Part shown: in pieces, positions 49,766 through 61,806 of the stretch
How positions within the stretch are numbered: the first letter of the stretch is position 1
Layout of the letters: every line of letters begins with the position of its first letter
Assembly (NCBI RefSeq): GCF_006345805.1
Contig: NC_042999.1
Location: 70,742,001-70,806,000 of the forward strand
Source of the DNA: Octopus sinensis
Taxonomy: Eukaryota
Length of the DNA stretch: 64,000 nucleotides
Direction: 5' to 3'
Position numbers and translations under genes: made by a program
The notes under the pieces: generated by a model
Database searches by the model: none
Seen by the model: only the letters and a program-made list of their open reading frames with translations
What the model was told of the DNA's origin: nothing

Positions 49766-50002
49766 ACCATGCAATATGTGGTATAATCTACTGTTCTTTT
49801 GCTGACTTCACTTATGGCTGTGACCATACTGGGGCACCACTTTTGAAGGTTTTTAGTCAATCGTATCAATCCTATTAACTCAGTTGACCATTTCTTTTAT
49901 CAGCCTCTATATAATGAATTGCTAAATTTGTGTTTTCACATTAACATCTTCCTATTTGTGTGTATGTACATATGTGTGTTTGTCTGTGTGTGTATGTAGC
50001 CA

Positions 50003-50320
50003 TATCATCATTGTTTTAACATCTACTTTTCACATATATATGTCAAACAGAATTCATTGGACAGATTTTCTGTGGCTGGATGCCCTTTCTGTTACTAATC
50101 ATCACCTGTTTCTATGTAAAGTAATATAGTCCGCTTTGGTTGGACATGTTTTCATGGAAGGTTGGAAACAAAAGAAATCACATTTATGGCTGAAATTGTT
50201 TACCTCTATTGCACAAAACACAGAGACAGACACACATGCATGCGATAAGCTTGTTGAGTTTCCATCTGAGAAATCTACTCACAAGGCTAGTATTTTTTCA
50301 CCAAGGCAGTACTGCATTCC
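50003..50320 (-). mobile_element. Decayed family A SINE
   Basis: atcatcattgttttaacatctactttt..ggctggatgccc..gagtttccatct..aaatctactcacaaggc. Confidence 0.6.
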
Positions 50321-50578
50321 ATGCTTAACAGAATGTTTATAAACTGTTTCCAACTTGTCACACATCTATACTAAGTCTAAGAAGATACAAAATTGTGATA
50401 GACCAGTTTCTGCGTATGTTTTCTTAACTTCAATTTGCTGCAAAACTAAACTTCACAGCCAAGTTATGGGTATTTATCTATTTTACTTTGTCAGAAGAAA
50501 CAGAACAGTACGGTGCAGGTTCTCTTAGGTTTAAATAAACCTAGATAATAGAATTTGTAACTTTTTTGTTTTCTTTTT

Positions 50579-50582
<4 letters not shown>

Positions 50583-50632
<50 letters not shown>
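50583..50632. repeat. (TA)n microsatellite
   Basis: Direct reading. Confidence 0.95.
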
Positions 50633-50635
<3 letters not shown>

Positions 50636-51237
50636 ATGGTTGAGTGAAGCTAATGAAGTTATTTAGTGTAAATGTTTTTAGGTTACTGATTCATTGGAAA
50701 ACATAAGAGAAAAATGTAGTTTTATGAATTATCACCATGGTAAAAATGAAAGAAACAGTTTTAATGTGCGTCATTGCAGGTGAATGTAGTATAATCAATA
50801 AGTTCAACCCTTTCGTTACCATATTTATTTTGAGATGCTCTGTGTTTCTTTCAATTAATCTTAAATGTAACCAAGAATTATAACTCAAGTTATAATTAAG
50901 CTAGTGTCAGGAACATAAATTGTGACTCAGGTTTGGTGGAAGATTTTAATTCAAAACTTATGAGAACAAGATATTTGTACTACTGCACCAGAGGTGTTCT
51001 CAGTATTGATATTGAAAGGGTTAAGGAAGTAGTGACCATCCTTGTCATTGTAAAAAGGGGAGAACACCCAAATAGCTAGAATGTGTTGGTGTGGAAATGT
51101 CTGTTCATCAGGTAGTTTTCCTTTTTCTTTTCCTGAGACATTGGTACCTGATTGGTAGGTACAGCATTCCAGATGTATGAGTGGTACTATATCATATGGT
51201 GTGTGTTTAATCAACAATTATTTATTTTCTGTATTTT

Positions 51238-51440
51238 ATCATCATCATTTAACATCCATACTCCATGTTGGCATGGTTGGACAGTTTGACATTAACTGAT
51301 GTGTCCAATGACAATATTGAGTTTCAATGTCTGCTTGGTGTTGCTTTTATGGCTGGATGCTCTTCCTAATGCCAACCACTTAGTGTGGACTGGGTGCTAT
51401 TTTTGTACCACCAGCACTACTGAGGTTGCCCTGCAGTTTA
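51238..51440 (-). mobile_element. RTE tail copy
   Basis: atcatcatcatttaacatcc..ccatgttggcatgg..ggctggatgctcttcctaatgccaaccac. Confidence 0.75.
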
Positions 51441-52184
51441 CAGGACTATAAGTCCTGGGGTAGGTGGTGTGGGTCAGTTTCAGAAGTCAAAACCTTTTCT
51501 GTGTATGGGAATTGTGTTTGGCTGCCATGCGAAATGATCAGATTGTAAGATCAATATTTGTAGGGAATGTGATGGTTTTTATCTGTGAGTTGTTCATGAG
51601 TAGTGAGAAAGTAATTTTGCAGGTTCACTTTTTAGGTTTTAGAGTGTGGCTCAAATGTTAAACTTGAATTGAAGGATGTTTGGCAGGATATCCTTGTCTA
51701 GCAGAAGTTTCTGAAGCTTGTGGGTAATGTCTCATTCTGGTTTAGCTCTGTGTCTCTAATCTTTTCTTTTAGGTGATAGCTTTCCTGATAATTTCTTTCT
51801 TAGTAACCATATTCATTCACCAGTTCAGTTCTCTACTCATTGTCTCCTTTATTTTGACTCCAACCAGTCATCTTCTCTCATAACCAGGTACTCTTTTTGT
51901 GGTTTTTGTTAAGCCTATGCTCAAATCAACTTACCAGCGTAGTTCAGATTTTCATAGCTGATAAATTGCTCTGTTCATTTGAAGACATCCAGATTAAAAT
52001 GATACTTTCTAGCACTTTTAGAACATTATTTGGTGTTTAGTAATTTGCTCAAAATAAATTTATATAAAAAAAGAAAAAATGTTTGGATGCATGATTTCTA
52101 CACATCTAACATTGATTATGTTAAAGTATTGAAGATAACATATCATTCTTTCACTCACTTTCTTCTGTATTTTTTGTCTTGTAG

Positions 52185-52330
52185 AGTTCACTGGAGTACA
52201 TAACTTTTGCTGCCATATCAAAAATGATTGCTGCTGCAGCAACATATCCATACCAAGTTGTTCGATCACGGCTTCAAGACCAACATGCATCCTATGTGAG
52301 TTGTAGAGACGTCATAGAAAAAACATGGAG
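52185..52330 (+). CDS. SLC25A32: Mitochondrial folate/FAD carrier, internal exon (human exon 6 equivalent)
   Basis: cttgtag|...|gtaagc, 146 nt. Translates [48 protein letters not shown](R); PYQVVRxRLQDQH is diagnostic of SLC25A32. Confidence 0.96.
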
Positions 52331-52629
52331 GTAAGCCACTATTTCTTATCTGGAGGAACTTGCAAGTGTCTCTCTTTGTTCTTTTTTGCATTCTTTTGCT
52401 TCTTCATTTCATGGGGGAGGGGAAAGGACCTGTGTAGTCATTTTTTTTTTGTATCTTACATTCACACAAGGATGTAAAAATAATATTCATTTATTTGGTC
52501 TAATTTGATGTTTGTAAATTTTTATGATAAAAAAAAGAATGAATTTTCATTTTTAAGGCTGATAAGGTGTTGATAGTTAATCATGTCATGTCAATGCGTT
52601 TTATGGCCATGACCTGTAATTCTCAAATG

Positions 52630-52790
52630 AGTTGAGTGCAAGCATGACCGTGGTTAAGAAGTTTGCTTCACAATCACATGATTTTGGATTTTATTATCCT
52701 GCACAATGCCTTGGGTTAGTGTCTTTTCCCACAGCCTTGGGTTGGCTAATACTTTGTCTTTGGGAGGACTGAAGATAGACCACAGCTGTG
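52630..52790 (+). mobile_element. Family A SINE 5' part
   Basis: gtggttaagaagtttgcttcacaatcacatg..ccttgggttagtgtc..agccttgggttggctaa. Confidence 0.6.
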
Positions 52791-53034
52791 GAAACTCATC
52801 ATATATATGAATGTGTGTGTGTTAGTCCATGTATCCATGTCCTTTGCTGCTGTATGTTGACTCTAAAGGATCTAAACATTGGCAAGAAAACTGAAAAAAC
52901 CAATGCACTTCATATAGATTCTCTTGTGATGTTGTATATAGTTATATACACCCATGTCATTTTGGTTTTAGAAATAGTTTTGAAAGTCTGCAAACAGTGA
53001 TTACAGCATAGGTAGCTAATTTACATTTGAGAGT

Positions 53035-53677
53035 AAAGTTTACAGTGGTTATTAATTATTTGGAGAAGTGTTTTTTACTTGGTCAGTCTCTTTGGACATG
53101 ACTGAATTAGCTGACTGTAAGGCTCTGCTTCTGTTTTTTTCTAAGTGCTCGTTTTTAAATAACCAACAACTGGTCAGACATTTTGGCAGCAAATCTTTGG
53201 TGTGACACAGAACCAGCAACCATGGTAATAGGTAGAGCACTGAAAATGGCTGAGAATATAGAACACTAGAATGAATGGATTTCATGACTTAGTTTCATTC
53301 TTCTCCATTCGGAGTTCAAATTCCACTGGAGCTATATTTGTCTTCATCAAGGAGATTGATTAAAATAAGTTCCAGTGATTTATAATAGTGTCAATCTCTA
53401 TAGGCTTTATCTCTTGTCTTTACTTAAATGTCCTCTTTTATAAAGAAATAACTGACTGATTGCCAGTGGATATTGTAATCCATTTATCATTTTATGAAAA
53501 AAAATCAACTTAAAAATCTTTTTAATTTTTGAAAATAAATTTATTCATAAATTTGATATTGAAAATTTAATCATTCAAAGTTTCTCTTTTGTTGAATGCT
53601 TCATAAAATTTTGGTTTTGAAGTATATCTAATGTAAAGAATAGTACATGTGAGAGGAATGGGTATTGTTTATTACAT
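53035..53677 (-). repeat. Right arm of the inverted duplication, with ~170 bp extra at 53062-53231
   Basis: Reverse complement matches 46092-46532 and 46543-46569. Confidence 0.93.
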
Positions 53678-56600
53678 TAATGTTGATTTGATTTCAGATT
53701 GTAGTATGATGTGTGTTTGTGAAGATATCTGATGAATTAGGTCAAGGAGAGAGAAACTGAGATTGTGTTAGGCATAATTAAACATGTCACATTTTACCTT
53801 CATGTAGATTATCTTCAACTCAATAACAAGAGCAAAAATTATATGGTTACATTTAAAAAGAAGAAATTTATAAAGATATTTTTTTTTGCTACTTAAGTTA
53901 TTTATGTGTAATTTAAGCAAAACAAATTATATATTTATGTGATTTAAACAACTCAAATTATGTATATGTGACGGAAAGATATGAGGCCTAGCAGTTAATG
54001 TGTTAGGCCCACAATCAAGGTCATGGATTTGATTCCTGAGCCAGATGGGGCATTTCTCATTGCCTGTGTCTACTCCGCTGAAAATTATTACCAGTTGGCT
54101 ATTGGTGAAGTCCCCTCTCCCTATTATGCTCTAATTGGTCAAGTGTGAGGGGCCTAAGAGAGTGCTTGTGTCTAAATATGCACATAAAACAATTAATGAA
54201 ATTATGATGCAAGTTAAGATCATACAGCTAAACATTTTATTTTCATGTAGATCCTTAAAAGTAGCATTGGCTTAACAGTAAACAGTTGTAGGTTTTTCAA
54301 GTAAATTTATACAAAATTGTCTCCAATGTGAGATGTAACATCTAAAGACCAGCCTTATACACTTCACCCTGAGTCTTACTTGGCCTCTGTCTTCTACAGG
54401 AAAAAATGTTATTTAGAAAGTGATCCTTTTGAAAAAGATTATTTCTCAGAAATGGAATCTCCACTATATCTTGAACTCCGTTGTTCAAATTCTTCATTTT
54501 ATAAGATATTTCCATGTGTAATCTCAGTTGTTGAAATAATAGTAATCCAAAGAAATTTTATAAATACATAAAAAAAAAGTGTGGTGGGGGTGATTATTTG
54601 ACATATGTCAAAATGAGGATCAGTTAAGCCCGAGATTGATTTAGTTCACTATAGCACACTCCTAAATTTGTGGTCTTGTATCTGTGCTAGGAATCACTAT
54701 TGTGTTATTGTTGGAAGTGGTACTTAAAATGCATTAGAAATTATTGAGCTTTAGATATTTTGACTATTTAATGAAATTAATCTTTTCTTTGAAAAATTTT
54801 GTTGAATGTTTGCTAAAACTTGTACTATAAATTAAAAGCAATTCAATTTCATTAGTTGGAGTTATTTTCATTTTTAAAGGATTGAAGTTATTAATGAAAA
54901 GACTTCTTTATTAGACTTGTTTCATAAAAATTGTATTTAATTACAAATAGGCTTGAGAATATTTTAATGAATCTGCATTTCTTCTAGTAATGCTAAACCT
55001 GCCTGTATCTTTCAAAATAATTTTGCTTTTGGAGGTGTTTAATTAAAACTTTTTTTTATCGATATGTTTAGAATATAATTGTCAGTTTTATTAGAATTTT
55101 AATTAGTAGCATGAATGGTCTTGGGGAAAATAGAAATAAAAGTTACTCTCATTAAGCAGTATAAACTGTTGTAGTAAGTTTAATATTTGCTAAAATATAT
55201 TTCATTTGTTGGAATATATTTTAAGACTGTTCATATACTATTTAATATTTTAGTATTATGTATGATGTGGGTTAAATAATTTTGTGTTAATCTCTGTTAA
55301 TGATGTCAACTTTACATCTCATAAGCCAACCTAAATGAACTTTACATTTGTCTCATCATATGATTAGAGATAGTGTTAAAATGTCAATTGGTAGGTTTAG
55401 TTTAAAAATGTCAGACAGTAGGATATTTATAAAAAGTGATGTTTTTGAAGTGTAATTTTAATTTAATGTTTTATATATGATTTAAGAAATTGTATCATCT
55501 TTAGTTTAAAATCTACTGATTTTCGTGTAAGTTTCAGATTTGAAAATACTCTCCCCAAAACCTATCACCAATGTCTTGGTGTCTTATTGTTCTAAGATCA
55601 AATTCTGCTGAGATTGAACTTGAAGTTAGTCTTAGTAAGGTGCAGGAGTTGATTCAGTCATCTGTGTAACCTTTTTACTATATTTGTTCTAAATGATTTA
55701 GTTTTAAATGTTTAAAAATTATTTATATAAATGATTAAATTCATATTGTATTTATAATCAGTTTTCAGTATGAAATTAAGAAGCACCTACTAAAGACTGT
55801 TTATATTGTTTGCATTAAGTCTTGTTTGGCACAAACAAATGAAGTAGGCTATTTTTCCACATTTACCCGTAACATGTCCTTAAGTAAGGGGTAAACTCTG
55901 TAAGTATGTCTCTCCCAGGTTAAGATCTCAATAAGAATAAGCTGAAAGTCTTACTTAATGGTTGGGGTGATATATAAAGGCTGTAATACTTGAAATATTC
56001 TAGTGCCTTTCTTACTACTTGTGTAAATGATTCTTCTATTTTGTGCAATACTCTTACAAGTGATTCTGGGTAAGGAGTCACTAGGGCACAGGAGCCGGCT
56101 CAGATCAGTAGCTTAGTGTTGGGGGCTAAGATGTGTCTCAGGTAGAGTCATTGGCTTGTGACTAACAGCTTGGAAAGGAATGGGTGCTGCTAAGCTAACT
56201 TGCTCATGATACATTCATGATGATGACAAGCAAACTAGAATCCATACAGGATCAGTTGTCACCCAGATTAACATCAAAGAGTGGACAAACCTCAATTTTG
56301 CCAACTCATTATTGGGTAACAAAAGACAGAAAAGTGGCAAAATCTGGTTGTGATGTCATTAAAAATACCTTAGTGATTACATGGTCAAGGGATAGGAAGA
56401 AAGGAAAGATTCTTACAATTCTAATCCATGTCCAATAGTGTCGTTCTTTTACTTTGGATGTTTGTGTAATTCAAAAGGAGAAATAGATTTTATTGTGAAA
56501 TAAAAGATTTTTAATTCCTAATTTTGTATAATCATGCAAAACTGGCTGTGGGAATTATATATTTGATAGAGCAGAAAAAGTTTGCCTTATCATCCCTATT

Positions 56601-57990
56601 TTTCTTGTGGAAAGATAAGATTTTCCATGTGCTGCTAATTGTTGCTCTAAGGGTGACATAGCTCAAAAGTAATTGAAAAACCTTGTTGTATAGGCTTTTC
56701 TTGATGGTGAGATACATAGAATTTATAACAAGAACTACAACAATAATAATGTGCTGCTTGCTTATTATTAAAAATTCACTTTAACTTGATAACTTTTATA
56801 ATTAAAATGCTTCAAGTGCATCCTGCAGATCTTTACCTAATCAAATTCAACACCACCAAAAAACTCATTTTTTTTGTGCTTTTCATCGTGAGATAAAATG
56901 GAGGAATACAATAAAAAGATGAATGTGATTATAGTGATGAAACTATTGTTGGATGGACTTGATGTTTGAGACTACTTTATGAAAATCTTAATCTTGGCAA
57001 AATTTGTTGAGGTGTAAGAGTGTAAACATCAGTCAGAGTGTGTATTTAGGAAACACCTGTGCATGTGTTGGAGAGTTGTGTATATGCAAACATATACATT
57101 AAAAAAGATATTTGAGATAAAATATTAAAATCTTATGAGATATATTTTGTAACTCTAGTTACTGTGTTTTGTCAATTTATTTATCTTTCCACTTCAGTCT
57201 ACTTTGGAATAGAACAGGTTTATTATATCTATACCTCTCACTGTCTTATCTAGGATTTCATTTCGGTTCAATTTGCTAATGTTATCTCTCTGTAGCATGC
57301 TTTGTATTTAAATTGTGAGTGTGAGAATTTATCTGTAGTTTTAGTTGTGTGCAATGAAGACTAACATGTTTTATGTTCTATAATTATTATTTATCATCAA
57401 TTGATATGAGATGTGCCCTTGTGTTTGTCACACTGCTGGTAAGCAATGCTGTAACAATAATGATGACAAACTGAAAGTAAAGTCCTATGTCTTGTGGCTA
57501 TAACAAGGTCAGTGGACATAAATGATGGGAGTATTGGAATAAATGTCTTATATTCAGTACTTGACCCTTTAACATTCAAACCAGCCAGATCAAGCCTCTT
57601 ACACCTATCTTGCAACGTTATTCTAAAAGTAAACAACCAGTTATCAAAATATGAGATAATATATGATTTCCTCAAAGTAATGTGAACAAATAAGCATTAC
57701 ATTTGACTGAGTAATCTTAATACTAAAAGGTTATCTAATCCCTCTAGATTTTCTTTGAAAATTGTGTGTTTGATATAGCTTTTTAACTTTTTGGAGTTGA
57801 GAAAACACTTCTTGGAATCTACTGCAGTCAATCCAGTTGTCTGCACTACTCTATAAATTTCTGACTTTGTATCATTATGAGAAATAGAAAATTTATCAAG
57901 AATATAACGAAAGGGAACTGTCATTTTTAATGACAAGCGTATGCTATGATGTCAAATGTTTTTTAAAAATGCAGTATTTCTATTAAATTT

Positions 57991-58630
57991 GTGCTGTGCG
58001 CGAGAAGACCCGGCAGGACAAGTGAGTCCACAACCCGTGGCCTTCTACATGGGATGGAGCCAGCCTACGTATGCATACCTTCCCTTCTTGGGACACAAAA
58101 CTCTACTTGTGAAGACGTGTTGAGGCAAGTGAGGATCAGAATCGAAATCGATCAATGGAAATTGCGGATGTGCTACCAGTGCCGGTGGCATGTCGAAACT
58201 CTGCTTGTGAAGACCCATTGAGGCAAGTGAGGATCAGAATCGAAATCGATCAATGGAAATCGATGAATGGAAATTGCAGATGTGTTACCAGTGCCGGTGG
58301 CATGTAAGAGAACTTTCCGTTTCGCGACCGTTGCCAGCACCGCCCCGTTTCGTGTCCGTTGCCAGCCTTGCCTGGCCCTCGTGCCGGTGGCACATAAAAA
58401 GCACCATCCGTTTGTGGCCGTTTGCCAGCTCTGTCTGGCACCAGTGCGGGTGGCACGTAAAAAGCACCCACTACACTCACGGAGTGGTTGGCGTTAGGAA
58501 GGGCATCCAGCCGTAGAAACACTGCCAGATTTGACTGGGCCTGATGAAGCCTTCTGGCTTCACAGACCCCAGTAGAACCGTCCAACCCATGCTAGCATGG
58601 AAAACGGACGCTAAATGATGATGATGATGA
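57991..58630 (+). mobile_element. 5'-truncated RTE LINE (last ORF2 codons plus 3' UTR) with an internal ~100-bp duplication
   Basis: gctgtgcgcgagaagacccggcaggacaagtga = AVREKTRQDK*; duplication 58105-58203 / 58204-58315; tail aaatgatgatgatg; CpG-rich. Confidence 0.88.
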
Positions 58631-58789
58631 TTATGTTGTTGAAAAGTGTATTTCTTTTCTAATTTAACTGAAGTTTAATAGTTATATCATCATTATGAAT
58701 TATTCCTAAATTAACGTAATCTTATTAACGGACCTCCTCCCACCAAAAGAATGTGTATTAGGTACCATGGTTATGCATATAAACTATAT

Positions 58790-59070
58790 ATCATCATCAT
58801 CATCATCATTTAATGTCCATTTTCCATGCTGGCTTGTGTTGGATGGTTTAATTGGGGCTGTTTTGGCAGGGTTTTTATGGCTGGATGCCCTTCCTAACAC
58901 CAACCACCTTACAAAAGTTAAGCTCCAAAAGTTTTCATCATCATCATCATCATTTAACGTCTGCTTTCTATATTGGCATGGGTTGGATGGTTTGACATGG
59001 AAATGGCGAGCAGGGAGTTGTCCAGACTCCAACTGTCTGCTGTGACATGGTTTCTGCAGCTGGATGCCCT
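58790..59070 (-). mobile_element. Two short RTE tail copies
   Basis: catcatcatcatttaa(t/c)gtc..ggctggatgccctt starting at ~58790 and ~58937. Confidence 0.75.
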
Positions 59071-59529
59071 TACTAATGCCTTCTCTCGGTGATTTACAAT
59101 TGGTTGAAACTGTTGAAATGGGGATTGCTGCCTGAAGTATTTACTGTTTATACTAGTACTAGACTACCCATGACCTGTTGGGTCACTGATGATTCAGGTT
59201 ATAAAACATTGAAATGAAAGTTACTTTTATGATGATTCAGTTAAATATTTCAATTTGTTCGGGTCATCATAGGTCTGGTTTACAAGTTCATGCTTAAAGT
59301 TTTATTGGTTATTTACTACATCTAATAGAAATAGAACTCCTAGGATAAACTTGAACTCCAGTAACAGCATTTATTTAGTATGTGCACATTTCTACAAAAG
59401 CACAAAAGGAATTCTTATATAACGTAAGCATAAAATTAATGGAAACAATTTTCACAGTATTATATATTCCCATTTCAGGGTTACGTTACTTTCAGAGTAT
59501 TTTCCCATAATATGCCATTTTGGCTATTT

Positions 59530-59631
59530 ATGAAGGTACCCCCCAAAATTATGTATCTTGGGAATCTGTGGTCTGATTTACGCAAAACTTATTTTATTCT
59601 GTTTGTATTCACATTTCAGGGGTACCTTCAT
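59530..59631. repeat. 13-bp inverted repeat, probable MITE remnant
   Basis: atgaaggtacccc ... ggggtaccttcat. Confidence 0.5.
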
Positions 59632-60376
59632 TTCATAGTATTTCTCCATTATGCACCAGATTGACTGTATCAAATTACAGGCAAGCACATATGTAAGCAC
59701 GCACACGAGCATGCATGCAAGCAATCACAGAGTTTTAGTATTATATAGATTGAGATTATCCTTGGCAAAAACTCCAAATATATCTTATAGGATATATGGC
59801 ACAATTAATTGTGTGCCAGTTTTCTTTCATATTCTCTTGTGTTCATTCTTTGTTATACTTATGTATTTAAACGTTAGTACATTTGTATTTATAAGCCTTT
59901 TTTGATAAATTTTTTATAATTGTACCAATCTGTAATTTATAAAGTAGAGACATATTTTGAATAATTGTGATTGTGAAACAGATAGGAAACAAAAGTAAAA
60001 ACATCTGCTTCTTTCCTGTTATTCCTGCACTCACAAATGTATAACTTACGCATACACAGACATAAACTCACACACATTTTTATACGTTTATGTGTTTATA
60101 CTTTTATGTGTGAGTGTGTATGTGCGTGCGTGCATGCACATACACACACAATTATTTATATATATGAATGTGTGTCTGTCTGTCTACCTCTCTATCCATC
60201 CATCCATCCATCCATCCAAAGCAAATAAGCAACAAGGATGCCCAGGTATTAGTGCATTACGACACTAATACCTTGACGTCCTTGTTATTTGCTTTTTATT
60301 CATCTTACTCCAAGCTGTGTGGATAATACTGGAGTGACTTGGTGCCTCAACTTAAGCACCTAATTCAACAGAATCT

Positions 60377-60377
<1 letters not shown>

Positions 60378-60438
<61 letters not shown>

Positions 60439-60671
60439 CTAAAATCTCTAAGAGATCAGTGCAGCAATTGTACTGGCAAATAATATTTATAACCATTTGG
60501 GGTTAAAAAATCCAGTAGAGTCTGCTCGAGTGGGCAACCATGTTTAAGTGGCTATGAATATATATATATATGTATGTGTATATATATATGTATGTGTATA
60601 TATATATATATATATGTATGTGTATATATATATATATTATGTATGTGTATATATATATATATATGTATGTG

Positions 60672-60720
<49 letters not shown>

Positions 60721-60940
60721 ATATATATATGTATGTGTATATATATATGTATGTGTATATATATATATGTATGTGTATATATATATATATATATGTATGT
60801 GTATATATATATATGTATGTGTATATATATATATGTATGTGTATATATATATGTATGTGTATATATATATGTATGTGTATATATATATATATGTATGTGT
60901 ATATATATATATATATGTATGTGTATATATATGTATATAT

Positions 60941-60979
<39 letters not shown>
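60378..60979. repeat. (TA)n and compound (TA)n/GTATGT satellite
   Basis: (TA)n at 60378-60435; repeated gtatgtg(ta)n units at 60556-60979. Confidence 0.95.
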
Positions 60980-61182
60980 CATCATCATCATCGTTTAACA
61001 TCCGCTTTCCATGCTAGCATGGGTTGGACGGTTCAACTGGGGTCTGGGGAGCCCGAAGGCTGCACTAGGCCAGTCAGATCTGGCAGTGTTTCTACAGCTG
61101 GATGCCCTTCCTAACGCCAACCACTTCGAGAGTGTAGTGGGTGATTTTATGTGCCACCGACACAGGTGCCAGACGAGGCTGG

Positions 61183-61184
<2 letters not shown>
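60980..61184 (-). mobile_element. Young RTE 3' tail inserted within a (TA)n array
   Basis: Reverse complement of 49125-49335 with about 6 mismatches; (TA)n on both flanks. Confidence 0.9.
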
Positions 61185-61236
<52 letters not shown>

Positions 61237-61344
61237 TAGTGGTTATTTTAATTAAATTTAATTTATATAAATTATTTTATGTATTGGCTTAAGTCTTTCT
61301 TTGTTTGATTTGCATAATAGTGGTTTTGTCTCTAATTTAATTTA

Positions 61345-61382
<38 letters not shown>

Positions 61383-61419
61383 TGGATGGAACTTTTGAAT
61401 GAGAGAGAGAGTGAACCTG

Positions 61420-61730
61420 GAAGACATGGGGCAAAGTACTAAAGGATGACCTCAGGATGCTGAACCTTTCAGACGAGATGACAAAGGACCCAGATACATG
61501 GTGTCTTATTGTACTGAAGAAGACCCGTCCTCCACAGCAGAAGTGTTAAGGCTGCATCTCCTGGTGAAGAGGACTGCAAGAGTTCTGTGTCAGCACCATA
61601 TTAAAAGCTGTAGACTTACAGCTAAATCAGACTGGAACCTGGTGCATCTGTCTGCCTTGCCAGCTCTGACCAAACTGTCCGACCCATGCCAGCGCGGAAA
61701 ATGGACGTTAAAGGACAATGATAATGATAT
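61420..61730 (+). mobile_element. RTE ORF2 C-terminus plus shortened 3' UTR
   Basis: KTWGKVLKDDLRMLNLSDEMTKDPDTWCLIVLKKTRP, then the tail gtccgacccatgccagc..ggacgttaaa. Confidence 0.75.
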
Positions 61731-61773
61731 GTGCAAGCGTGCGCACACACACACACTCACACACACGCAGAGC

Positions 61774-61806
<33 letters not shown>

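Noticed and set aside
58540-58590. CTGATGAAGCC..GGCTTC in the RTE tail looks like a hammerhead core
   Set aside because: No GAAA follows stem II, and other copies read ctggtgcagcc, so it is a chance mutation.
59470-59520. Acceptor catttcag as a candidate last exon of SLC25A32
   Set aside because: The translation does not give EGxxGFYKG or any helix 6 motif, and it hits stops.
60503-61017. Long ORFs of 130-160 aa (also 13417-14287 and 62784-63508)
   Set aside because: These are translations of microsatellites that lack stop codons, not genes.
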